Of a stretch of 64,000 nt of DNA, positions 48,616 to 56,911 are shown piece by piece. How positions within the stretch are numbered: position 1 is the first letter of the stretch; every line of letters starts with the position of its first letter. Under the pieces are notes generated by a model. The model was not told the DNA's origin and did no database searches. It saw only the letters and a program-made list of their open reading frames with translations. A program made the translations under genes and the position numbers. Source of the DNA: Candidatus Omnitrophota bacterium (GTDB lineage: Bacteria; Omnitrophota; Gorgyraeia; Zapsychrales; Zapsychraceae); the NCBI GenBank assembly GCA_028280285.1, contig JANQMA010000003.1, positions 8,868 to 72,867 on the forward strand. The letters run 5' to 3'.

Positions 48616-49179
48616 ATTAAACTTTTACTTAATACAAAACTAAGAAGAAAGCTCTTCACGTATGCTTTTACTCATCCGGACGAGAGTTTCTATGTAAGAG
48701 AGATAGCTGGTCTTATTGATGAAGATCCTGGGAATCTTTCGCGTGAGCTTAGAAAACTTGAGGCAGAAGGGCTGTTTCAATCAACCGAAAGGGCGAAAGC
48801 CAAATTTTATTCACTTAATAAAGATTATCCCTTGTTTAATGAACTAAAAAAAATAATATTTAAAACGGAGGGGGTAGCCGGCAGCCTTAAAGACATTGTG
48901 AATCAATTTGATGGAATTATGTTGGCTTTTATTCATGGCTCTTATGCTAAAGGAGAAGAAAAAAAAGGTTCGGATGTCGATCTCATTCTTGTTGGTCAGT
49001 TCTCGGAGAATAAAGTCACTAGAGAATTAAGAGATTTAGAATCAAAACTAAATCGGGAAATTAATTTTACTTCGTATACTAAAGAGGAATTTGACAGGGA
49101 AAGCAAAAAAGAGGGAAGCTTTCTTAATGAAACCATAAAAGGAAAAACTATTATTTTAAAAGGTCGTTTGAATGCCTGA
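48616..49179 (+). CDS. wHTH + minimal nucleotidyltransferase (MntA-like antitoxin); apparent ATT start
   Basis: Frame open upstream of 48832 encoding FYVREIA...GNLSREL.KLE..GL; HGSYAKG...SDVDL; GAGGTG SD 5 nt before ATT. Confidence 0.8.
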   Translation: MKLLLNTKLRRKLFTYAFTHPDESFYVREIAGLIDEDPGNLSRELRKLEAEGLFQSTERAKAKFYSLNKDYPLFNELKKIIFKTEGVAGSLKDIVNQFDGIMLAFIHGSYAKGEEKKGSDVDLILVGQFSENKVTRELRDLESKLNREINFTSYTKEEFDRESKKEGSFLNETIKGKTIILKGRLNA

Positions 49180-49639
49180 TAAATTGATACAAAGGTTAAA
49201 AAAAGAAGGTAAACTGAGACAACAAAACGCCGGACTTATTCAGGTCGAGGCTTTATTAAAACAGGCAATTATTGATTTAAATGAGGCAAAGAAAGTTGCT
49301 GCAATTGCCGAACGGGCAACATACCTGCTTGCCTACATGGCCATGCTTAAAGCGGGAAGAGCACTTCTTCTTTGGAAAGGATATGTTCCCAGCAACGGAG
49401 CTCAGCACAAAACGGTTGTTGAGGTGACACATATTATTTTGGGTGATCAGTATCGTGATTTGACGGAACAGTTTGAAACCATGCGTAGAAAACGCAATGA
49501 AATGACATACGAAGCAGGCGGGCTTTTATCGATGTCAGAATCAAAAAAAGCTTTTAACGATGCCATTTCTTTGGTTAAGCAAATCCTTAACGAAGTAAAA
49601 TCCAAAAATCCGCAGCTTGAGTTGGATTTTGACCTGTGA
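49172..49639 (+). CDS. HEPN-domain protein
   Basis: AY.AM..A.RALL...G, H, RRKRNEMTY; overlaps MNT gene. Confidence 0.8.
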   Translation: MPDKLIQRLKKEGKLRQQNAGLIQVEALLKQAIIDLNEAKKVAAIAERATYLLAYMAMLKAGRALLLWKGYVPSNGAQHKTVVEVTHIILGDQYRDLTEQFETMRRKRNEMTYEAGGLLSMSESKKAFNDAISLVKQILNEVKSKNPQLELDFDL

Positions 49640-49645
49640 ATAGGT

Positions 49646-49666
49646 AAATAGTACCTGGCACTATTT
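49646..49666. repeat. 21-bp REP-like palindrome right of TA module
   Basis: AAATAGTACCTGGCACTATTT. Confidence 0.85.
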
Positions 49667-49707
49667 TAGATGTATACCTTGCGTTAAACCGGGGTCTTCC
49701 AATCTTC

Positions 49708-49737
49708 TTGACAATTTTTTAAAGCTAATGGTATAAT
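49708..49737 (+). promoter_or_regulatory. Sigma70-type promoter of cysK
   Basis: TTGACA-18 bp-TATAAT with TG extension. Confidence 0.65.
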
Positions 49738-49816
49738 CCCTATCACCTTTGAGGAAACGTCTAAGGCGTTGATTTGCAGTGTTTTTTATTCTTAATCAAA
49801 TTATGGGAGGTCAGAT

Positions 49817-50779
49817 ATGGGCCCAGCGGGAACGGAGAGTAAATTGAAAATCGCGAGTGACATTACAGAATTAATCGGAAATACACCTCTAGTCAGGCTA
49901 AATAAAGTGACCGAAGGCTGCCACGCCGAAGTCGTAGCCAAGCTGGAGTTTTTTAATCCCCTTGGATCGGTCAAAGACCGTATCGGATTTGCCATGATCG
50001 ATGCGGCTGAGAAGGACGGGAAGATCGACAAAGAAAAGACAACTATTGTAGAGCCAACGTCAGGAAACACCGGAATCGCGTTGGCTTTTGTTTGTGCGGT
50101 TAAAGGCTATAAATGTACGCTCACAATGCCTGAGACCATGAGCTTGGAACGCCGTTCGCTTCTAAAAGCGCTTGGGGCGAACCTCGTGCTGACACCTGGC
50201 GCCGAAGGCATGAAAGGCGCGATCAACAAGGCGAATGAACTGGCCGAAAGTGATGCGAACTATTTTATTCCTCAGCAATTTGACAATCCGGCCAACCCGG
50301 AAATTCACCGTAACACAACAGCGGAAGAAATCTGGAATGACACAGAAGGTAAGGCGGATATCCTTATCTCAGGTGTGGGAACCGGTGGAACGCTGACCGG
50401 TGTTTCGGAAGTGATTAAATCCCGCAAGCCTGAATTTAAGACAATCGCGGTTGAGCCAAAAGGTTCGCCTGTGCTATCAGGAGGCGATCCAGGTCCACAC
50501 AAGATTCAGGGTATCGGAGCCGGATTTGTTCCGGGCAACTGTAATCAAGATATGATTGACGAGGTTGTTCAGGTCGATAATGATGAGGCATTCGCCATGG
50601 CCCAGCGCGTGATGAAAGAAGAAGGCATTCTGTGCGGTATTTCATCCGGCGCGGCCGTTAAGGCAGCGGTTGAAGTAGGGAAAAGAGAAGAAAACAAAGG
50701 CAAACTTATTGTTGCGGTTATTCCAAGCACGGGAGAACGCTACTTAAGTACAGACCTTTTTGCCGAATATAGAAGTTAG
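49817..50779 (+). CDS. cysK: Cysteine synthase A
   Basis: [37 protein letters not shown]. Confidence 0.96.
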   Translation: MGPAGTESKLKIASDITELIGNTPLVRLNKVTEGCHAEVVAKLEFFNPLGSVKDRIGFAMIDAAEKDGKIDKEKTTIVEPTSGNTGIALAFVCAVKGYKCTLTMPETMSLERRSLLKALGANLVLTPGAEGMKGAINKANELAESDANYFIPQQFDNPANPEIHRNTTAEEIWNDTEGKADILISGVGTGGTLTGVSEVIKSRKPEFKTIAVEPKGSPVLSGGDPGPHKIQGIGAGFVPGNCNQDMIDEVVQVDNDEAFAMAQRVMKEEGILCGISSGAAVKAAVEVGKREENKGKLIVAVIPSTGERYLSTDLFAEYRS

Positions 50780-50811
50780 CAATAACTTCTTCCACCCGCC
50801 CGATCGGGTTT

Positions 50812-50846
50812 AAGGGGATAAGTTTATCATGAACTTATCCCCTTTT
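50812..50846 (+). terminator. Rho-independent terminator
   Basis: AAGGGGATAAGTT/AACTTATCCCCTTTT. Confidence 0.8.
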
Positions 50847-50852
50847 CATTTT

Positions 50853-50944
50853 TAGCGTTTAGCGTACGGCGTATAGCGTTTAGTTAATAATTAAAGATAA
50901 TAACTGATTACTTTCTCATCGCTAAACGCTATTCGCTATACGCT
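50853..50944. repeat. Family A heptamer element
   Basis: TAGCGTT TAGCGTA CGGCGTA TAGCGTT / CTCATCG CTAAACG CTATTCG CTATACG. Confidence 0.85.
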
Positions 50945-50955
50945 GGATAAAATTT

Positions 50956-51681
50956 ATGAAAAGTTCACTCTTCAAATTCCTTATCCTTGTTGGCATTATT
51001 GCGCTCGGCATCGTGCTTGGGCGTTTTTTTAACGTCACGCTTGATGATGTTCGCTCCTTTTTCACTCAATTTCCGATTATTGTATCGGGCATTGTCTTTG
51101 TTCTTCTTTATGTTGTTGCGACGACATTTATTTTGTTTGGGCCTAAAGATATATTGCGTACAGCGGCAGCATTCATTTTTGGGCCGTATGTGAGTACGGC
51201 GTTTGTTTGGATAGGAGAAGTGTGCAATGCGGTTATTTTGTTTTCGATCAGTCGTAGTTTGGGGCGTGAATATGTGCAGGCGAAATTTAATCTAAAAAGT
51301 GAGACGATTGAAGGGGTTCAACATCAAGGGATGAGCGCCTTTGGCATTTTTGTTCTGCGGATTAATCCGTTGATTCCGTTTCGTTTGATGGATTTATCGT
51401 TCGGCCTAAGCCGTGTGGATTTGAAAAAATATATTTCGGTCTGTGTTATCGGATCTATTCCGCGTATTTTTTGGCTGCAGTATATTATTCATGGTGTCGG
51501 GGCAAATATGTTTAAGGATATGGCGTCTGTGCAGCAGTATTTGCTCGATAATAGAGCTGTTCTTCTTTATAGCCTTACCTATTTTCTTCTCATTATTGTT
51601 TTGTCTTTGGCAGCGTTTATTGCAAGCCTCATCAGAAAAGCTAGACTTAAAAAATCAGCAAGTCATAACAAGGGGTGTTAG
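50956..51681 (+). CDS. TVP38/TMEM64 (VTT/DedA) membrane protein
   Basis: F.ISR.LGR, LRINPLIPF motifs. Confidence 0.85.
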   Translation: MKSSLFKFLILVGIIALGIVLGRFFNVTLDDVRSFFTQFPIIVSGIVFVLLYVVATTFILFGPKDILRTAAAFIFGPYVSTAFVWIGEVCNAVILFSISRSLGREYVQAKFNLKSETIEGVQHQGMSAFGIFVLRINPLIPFRLMDLSFGLSRVDLKKYISVCVIGSIPRIFWLQYIIHGVGANMFKDMASVQQYLLDNRAVLLYSLTYFLLIIVLSLAAFIASLIRKARLKKSASHNKGC

Positions 51682-51735
51682 GTTTTAGGTGTTGGGTGTT
51701 ATGTACTAAAACCCAAAATCTTACACCTAACACCT
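51674..51735. repeat. Family B element providing stop codons of both convergent genes
   Basis: GGTGTTA GGTTTTA GGTGTTG GGTGTTA / TAAAACC CAAAATC TTACACC TAACACC. Confidence 0.85.
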
Positions 51736-52362
51736 CGAATCACGATTTATATCTATTTCAAGGGTAAGGTCGAGAATGATCTCTGCCATCATGGCCGCGC
51801 AAGCGGTGACACGCGGCGCCAGCGGCGGATGGCCGAGCGCGCTGTCAGTCGACTGATCACCCACCATATAAATATTGCCAATCTTTTTAAAGCGCATGGG
51901 TTCTTTGGTTTCAAGCCCGGCCATGCCGCTTCCGGATATGACAGGTTTTCCTTTTGACTGGTAGTATTCGACAAATTCAAATTTAAAGTCCGCTTGATCG
52001 AAAGCCTCGACATAAAAATCGCAGTCTTCAAAGTATTCTTCTGCGTTTTGCGGTGTCCAGGTTGTTTTATGCGTGATGACGTTTAGATCGGGATTGATTT
52101 GAAGAAGCCTGTCGGCAAGCGTGATGACTTTTGTCTGACCGATCTCGCTTAAATAATATTGTTGTCTGTTGAGATTAGACGCATCGATGTCATCTTGATC
52201 GATAATTTCAATATGGGCGAATCCTGTACGCACCAGCATCATCGCGACATTCGATCCCAATCCACCGGCACCGCCAATACCGACTTTTTTGGATTGGATT
52301 TGATCCAGCTGCGCTTTACTTAAATATTTGAGGAGTCCTTTTTCAAAGGCGTTCATGGGCAA
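51727..52362 (-). CDS. thiF: Sulfur carrier ThiS adenylyltransferase
   Basis: GAGGLGS, SNLNRQ, EAFD, PRVTACAA. Confidence 0.92.
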   Translation of the reverse strand: MPMNAFEKGLLKYLSKAQLDQIQSKKVGIGGAGGLGSNVAMMLVRTGFAHIEIIDQDDIDASNLNRQQYYLSEIGQTKVITLADRLLQINPDLNVITHKTTWTPQNAEEYFEDCDFYVEAFDQADFKFEFVEYYQSKGKPVISGSGMAGLETKEPMRFKKIGNIYMVGDQSTDSALGHPPLAPRVTACAAMMAEIILDLTLEIDINRDSRC

Positions 52363-52476
52363 TTTGTCCTTTTGGATGATATTGTACCTTTTGTCGCAAC
52401 AATAATCAAATGGTAGTTTTACGATAATATATATTAAATATATTGAAAAAATGTATATATATGGTATATTTTAAGT

Positions 52477-52746
52477 ATGAAATTTGAATACGATCCTAAA
52501 AAGTCTCTAGGTAATAAAGAAAAGCATGGGGTTGATTTTGAAGAGGCTCAACTAATCTGGATGTCCAGCTATGTGATTTTGCCTGCTAAAGTAACGGGTG
52601 AGCCGCGTTTTATGATTATTGGGCGTATAGTAACAGATATATATTCGTGTATTTTTACGCTGCGTCACGAAAAGGTTATTCGTATTATTTCGTGCCGGCG
52701 CAGCCGCACAGAAGAAAGGAAGGTTTACTATGAAAAAATCAAATAA
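52477..52746 (+). CDS. brnT: BrnT family toxin
   Basis: FEYDPKK...N.EKHGVDFEEA, IRIISCR. Confidence 0.9.
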   Translation: MKFEYDPKKSLGNKEKHGVDFEEAQLIWMSSYVILPAKVTGEPRFMIIGRIVTDIYSCIFTLRHEKVIRIISCRRSRTEERKVYYEKIK

Positions 52747-52975
52747 GGCTACTACTTCCAAAAAATTTGATGAACAATTTGATTCGGGTGAGTCTGTTTT
52801 GGATTATTTAGATGTCAAAAAGGCGGCCGTACGTAAAAATTTGCAGAGGATTAATATTGATTTTCCTGTAGAGTTTTTGCGTCGTATTGATAATGAGGCG
52901 ACAAAAATCGGTGTTGCGCGTACAGCTTTAATTAAGATGTGGTTAGCCGAAAAGCTTCAGCATATTAATAATTAA
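52730..52975 (+). CDS. CopG/RHH antitoxin (BrnA-like)
   Basis: FD..FDSGE, RINIDFP, GV.R.ALIK.WLAE. Confidence 0.88.
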   Translation: MKKSNKATTSKKFDEQFDSGESVLDYLDVKKAAVRKNLQRINIDFPVEFLRRIDNEATKIGVARTALIKMWLAEKLQHINN

Positions 52976-53154
52976 AAAATGAAAAAGTAAAATTAAGAAA
53001 TAAAATTTAAAATTGAGAAAAAATGAAAAATAAAAGGTATTTGGTAATTGGTAGTTAGTAATTGGATTTTCGTAACATAAACTAATTACAAATTACTAAA
53101 TACTAAATAAACTTTTTCATTTTCTTTTTTACTTTTGACTTCTTAATTTTGAAT
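52972..53154. repeat. Nested element: family F (53036-53109) inside A-rich heptamer family I
   Basis: Outer AAAAATG/AAAATTA... vs ...CTTTTGA CTTCTTA ATTTTGA; inner GGTATTT GGTAATT GGTAGTT AGTAATT / CTAATTA CAAATTA CTAAATA. Confidence 0.75.
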
Positions 53155-53157
53155 TAA

Positions 53158-54180
53158 TTAAGCATATTCATTTTTGATTCTTCGCCAGTCGGTTAAAACA
53201 GGATCAAAGTTTTTTATTTTTAACATCTCTACAATTTTCTTCATCGGACGTTTATCGGCAATATCAAATTGGGGGGCCTGATCTTCCTGATCAAGCAGAG
53301 TGTAGCCACCAACGGATGTGTTGCTGCCCGCCGACATACGCGTGATACCGAGCTCCAAAATATTGTTGCGGATGGCCTCGGGCTCACGCGTGGAAAGATT
53401 AATCCCGACACGCGGGAAAAGTGTGCGTGTCAGACAAATAATTTTAACGAACGTGATATCATCGACAACGGCGCTCCCTTCGAAGACTTCGCCTTTAATC
53501 GGTTTAAACCTGGGGAAAGACAAGCTGTACTCCACACCCGGATAATTTTTTTCCATAAAACGCAAATGTGCATAAAGTTCGTTTAGGTCCTCGGCAATGT
53601 TGGGCGAAAGGCCTAGCAGTATGCCCATGGATATATGCCTTAGTCCTGCGCGGGCAGCTCTTTCGGGCGTATGATAACGAAAATCATAATCAGCCTTTGT
53701 GCCTGAAAGATGAACTTCCTTATACCGCGTGCGGTCATACGTTTCCTGATAAACGGTAATACCGTCGACACCGGATTCAAACAGTTCTTTATACTCATTC
53801 TCGTGCATAGGGTGGACTTCCAAGGAAATAGAAGGGAAGTAGTTGCGGGCGACGGACACCGCCTCTTTCAAATACGAAACGGGAGTTACTTTATATGATT
53901 CGCCGGTCAAAAGTAAAATGTTCTCAATGCCTTCATCGGCAATGTATTTCATCTCTTGATGCATCTGTTCGTCGGTTAACTTGAATCGTTTAATACGATT
54001 TTTGCTTTTAAAGCCGCAGTAGGTGCATTCACTTGAACAGAAGTTAGAAAGGTACAGCGGCGCATATAAAGATATGGTCCGCCCGAAAAATTGTTCTTTT
54101 AAGGTCTTGGCACGCGCAGCAAGTTGTTCAAGCTCTTCGGGGGAGTTGTTCGATAAGGTTTTTTGAATTTCGTTAAGCAT
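53158..54180 (-). CDS. thiH: 2-iminoacetate synthase (radical SAM)
   Basis: YAPLYLSNFCSSECTYCGF, YQETY, LSTRE, SAGS.T.VGGY. Confidence 0.93.
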   Translation of the reverse strand: MLNEIQKTLSNNSPEELEQLAARAKTLKEQFFGRTISLYAPLYLSNFCSSECTYCGFKSKNRIKRFKLTDEQMHQEMKYIADEGIENILLLTGESYKVTPVSYLKEAVSVARNYFPSISLEVHPMHENEYKELFESGVDGITVYQETYDRTRYKEVHLSGTKADYDFRYHTPERAARAGLRHISMGILLGLSPNIAEDLNELYAHLRFMEKNYPGVEYSLSFPRFKPIKGEVFEGSAVVDDITFVKIICLTRTLFPRVGINLSTREPEAIRNNILELGITRMSAGSNTSVGGYTLLDQEDQAPQFDIADKRPMKKIVEMLKIKNFDPVLTDWRRIKNEYA

Positions 54181-54700
54181 TAGTCTCTTTGATGGGCTTA
54201 AGTGTTACCTTGCAATGTTCCGCCGGAAACATATAAGTCCAAAACCGTTCGTATTCCATGGGAAAACGGTTAAACAGTTTGTGCAGTCCCAAAAAACGGA
54301 AGCGTCTGTGAAAGGTTACCTCTTTTTTGATGCATTCAAATTTTTTACCCTTAAGCCAGAGATTTTTACCATCGGCAATATAGCCTTCAAAGGCAAATGA
54401 GTTAAAAAACAATTTATGTTCCGGGACATTCGCGCACCACGATGTGTGATGGGGTACTTCAATATACACAGTTCCTTCAGGGTGACATATGCGATGCAGT
54501 TCATCCATTACCGGGGGAAGGTCATCAAGATGCTCAAGGACATGGTGGCAGATAATTTCTTTGAATTGATTATCCTCAAACGGATAAGGCGTCATGTTAA
54601 GATTGTGCACAACATCCGGATTATGCGTCGGGTCTATGTCGACCGTAATAGCATCGTTATGTTCTTTTCCGGCGTGGCCGAGAACCAGTTTGTCTTTCAT
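54173..54700 (-). CDS. Class I SAM methyltransferase-like protein
   Basis: [10 protein letters not shown]...HVLEHL, ELHRI..P.G. Confidence 0.8.
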   Translation of the reverse strand: MKDKLVLGHAGKEHNDAITVDIDPTHNPDVVHNLNMTPYPFEDNQFKEIICHHVLEHLDDLPPVMDELHRICHPEGTVYIEVPHHTSWCANVPEHKLFFNSFAFEGYIADGKNLWLKGKKFECIKKEVTFHRRFRFLGLHKLFNRFPMEYERFWTYMFPAEHCKVTLKPIKETNA

Positions 54701-55497
54701 GAATCGTATAAAAATCCTGTTAGCGGTGATGAGGCACTGGCAATATCTTTTTGATGAGGCAGATTGCTTAAATAGCCGAGACGTCCTGCCTTAACCGCAA
54801 GGGAAAAGGCGTGGGCAAGCGCCGCGGGATTGCCTGCCGTGGCAACAGCGGTGTTGGCCAAAACAGCGTCGGCCCCCATCTCCATGGCCTCGGCGGCATG
54901 TGAAGGCGCACCGATCCCGGCATCGACAACGATCGGAATATCGACTTCATTAATTAATACCTGAATCAATTCTTTGGTTTTAATGCCTTTATTGGTGCCG
55001 ATCATAGAACCGAGCGGCATAACGGTGGCAGCCCCGGCTTTAACAAGCGCACGGGCCACATACAAATCAGGACTGACATAAGGCAGGACGACAAAACCTT
55101 CCTTAACTAAAATTTCCGTCGCTTTGATGGTTTCTTCATTATCAGGCAATAGATATTTTGAATCATTAATGACTTCGATTTTAACCCAATTGCCGCAGCC
55201 GGCCTCACGCGCCAAACGTGCGATGCGCACAGCCTCACGGGCATTGCGTGCGCCCGAGGTATTTGTTAAAAGTGTAACGCCTTGGGGAATATATTCGAGA
55301 ATATTTTCTTCGTGATGTTCAATATCGATACGGCGCAAGGCAACAGTGACAATCTCTGTACCGCTTGCTTCGATGGAAGCGGCAACATCAGCCTTGTTTT
55401 TAAATTTACCGGTACCGAGCATAAAGCGGTTGGCGAATGTTTTATCACCGATAACAAGTGGTGTATCTTGGATTGTTTGTTGTGTGGTTATATTCAT
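54697..55497 (-). CDS. thiG: Thiazole synthase
   Basis: LGTGKF, TVALRR, WVKIEVI, VDAGIG.PSHA, ASSP. Confidence 0.97.
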   Translation of the reverse strand: MNITTQQTIQDTPLVIGDKTFANRFMLGTGKFKNKADVAASIEASGTEIVTVALRRIDIEHHEENILEYIPQGVTLLTNTSGARNAREAVRIARLAREAGCGNWVKIEVINDSKYLLPDNEETIKATEILVKEGFVVLPYVSPDLYVARALVKAGAATVMPLGSMIGTNKGIKTKELIQVLINEVDIPIVVDAGIGAPSHAAEAMEMGADAVLANTAVATAGNPAALAHAFSLAVKAGRLGYLSNLPHQKDIASASSPLTGFLYDS

Positions 55498-55500
55498 AAT

Positions 55501-55563
55501 TAGCGTACAGCGTTTAGCGTTTAGCGTTTAGAACAGTTTCTAGACGCTATACGCTTAACGCTA
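55501..55563. repeat. Family A element between thiS and thiG
   Basis: TAGCGTA CAGCGTT TAGCGTT TAGCGTT / CTAGACG CTATACG CTTAACG CTA. Confidence 0.88.
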
Positions 55564-55571
55564 GTTACTAG

Positions 55572-55772
55572 CTAGCCTCCACCGACAAATGTGACTAATT
55601 CGATTTCATCGCCATCACTTATGACTGTCTCATCCCATGTCTCTTTTTTAACGATATTGCCGTTGATTTCTGCGATGATACGTTTATTGCCTGCACTAAC
55701 CTCATCAATAAGTTGGCTTAAGGAAAGATTGTCGGTGAAATCTTTGTTTTGTCCGTTAAGTGTTATTTTCAT
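55572..55772 (-). CDS. thiS: Sulfur carrier protein ThiS
   Basis: 66 aa, C-terminal FVGGG. Confidence 0.96.
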   Translation of the reverse strand: MKITLNGQNKDFTDNLSLSQLIDEVSAGNKRIIAEINGNIVKKETWDETVISDGDEIELVTFVGGG

Positions 55773-55824
55773 TGGTCAGTTATATTAGAATAATTCCTCG
55801 GAAAAATCAATGATTAAGGCGGGG

Positions 55825-56463
55825 TCATGATAATTCTTCCTCCACCGCTGGCGATAGGAAAAACGCAATAGGTGCTGCTGTAAACAGTAGGAAAATAAAG
55901 AAACTTGATATTATAAGAGTAGGGACGGCATTTTCACGGATAGCTAGCTCCGGTGAACGGTATGATTCGACGTTTATGTAGCCTAATAAGTTATTCAGAT
56001 CTATGGCGACGCTTTCGAGAAAATTAATGTGTCCGATTGTGATGAACATCAGGTAGGCATAAAAGACAGGCCAGAGGCAGGCCGCGCCGATACCGATTTT
56101 TTTAGACCAGTATTTTAGCCTAAGCGTACCGATGCCGGCACCTATATAGAGAGCTCCGATAATCAGCGCTAGGGCGCTAAAAATATAAGGTGTCATGCGT
56201 GTTTGTGTCAGATAAATGTCACTGTATCCGGAAATGCGGTCCTCAAATTTTTTTAGATTCTTTTCAAACTCTTCTTTTTGAGTGGGATCTTGGAGTTTAT
56301 TTTGGGTGTATTCTGTAGCAACGTGAAAAACGGCTTGCTTTCCTGTTTGATAGGATTGAATGGCGAGCTGTCTTTCCATTGTCGGAATTGTTCCGCCGGC
56401 AAACATGTTAAGTCCCATGATAATGAGAAGCCCGGCGAAAGTGCGTATGGCGATGATTTTCAT
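55825..56463 (-). CDS. Hypothetical membrane protein
   Basis: 4 TM segments; start reassigned to MKIIAIR (upstream part is repeat translation). Confidence 0.7.
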   Translation of the reverse strand: MKIIAIRTFAGLLIIMGLNMFAGGTIPTMERQLAIQSYQTGKQAVFHVATEYTQNKLQDPTQKEEFEKNLKKFEDRISGYSDIYLTQTRMTPYIFSALALIIGALYIGAGIGTLRLKYWSKKIGIGAACLWPVFYAYLMFITIGHINFLESVAIDLNNLLGYINVESYRSPELAIRENAVPTLIISSFFIFLLFTAAPIAFFLSPAVEEELS

Positions 56464-56484
56464 AGCTAAGAGTTTAGCATAAGT

Positions 56485-56556
56485 AGTGGTCAGTGACCAG
56501 TGCTCAGTGATCAGAAACCATGGGCTACGACCACTGATCACCGATCACTGAGCACT
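56485..56556. repeat. Family C heptamer element
   Basis: AGTGGTC AGTGACC AGTGCTC AGTGATC / GACCACT GATCACC GATCACT GAGCACT. Confidence 0.88.
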
Positions 56557-56600
56557 CTTTCCATTTTACCTATCACGATATTCATGCCATAATACTTCCC

Positions 56601-56801
56601 ATGCAAGATCCTTACATATGCCCCCACTGTCAAAAGCCTATCTATGATGAAGATGCCCTCCTCTGCCATTTTTGCGGGGAGAGTCTAAACCGCTCTTCTA
56701 AAGATGTCCTTGGTAAAATCCGTTATGGCGACAGCCGCCTCTGGTTGTATTTGGTAGGTGCGATTGTCCTGGTTGCGTTTATTAGCCTACTTGTGTTCTA
56801 G
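56601..56801 (+). CDS. Small zinc-ribbon protein with C-terminal TM
   Basis: CPHC...CHFCG. Confidence 0.75.
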   Translation: MQDPYICPHCQKPIYDEDALLCHFCGESLNRSSKDVLGKIRYGDSRLWLYLVGAIVLVAFISLLVF

Positions 56802-56849
56802 GAATTTGCTGGAAAAATGGTGCTATTTGGTGTATAACGGTGCCATCAC

Positions 56850-56895
56850 AACCTACGAGGTTACGATAGGAAATTCCTATTAAACCTCGTAGGTT
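56850..56895. repeat. REP-like doublet
   Basis: AACCTACGAGGTT...ATAGGAAATTCCTAT...AACCTCGTAGGTT. Confidence 0.75.
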
Positions 56896-56911
56896 AAATC
56901 GGCAAGAAACT

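Noticed and set aside
55773-55824. TPP riboswitch upstream of thiS
   Set aside because: Spacer is only about 50 bp and lacks the CTGAGA core.
56464-56541. N-terminal extensions of track ORFs (also 28349, 59413, 62966, 26189)
   Set aside because: They are translations of repeat elements; better starts lie downstream.
56850-56911. T-box or c-di-AMP riboswitch before leuS
   Set aside because: No T-box motif; AACCTCGTAGG is explained by the inverted repeat.
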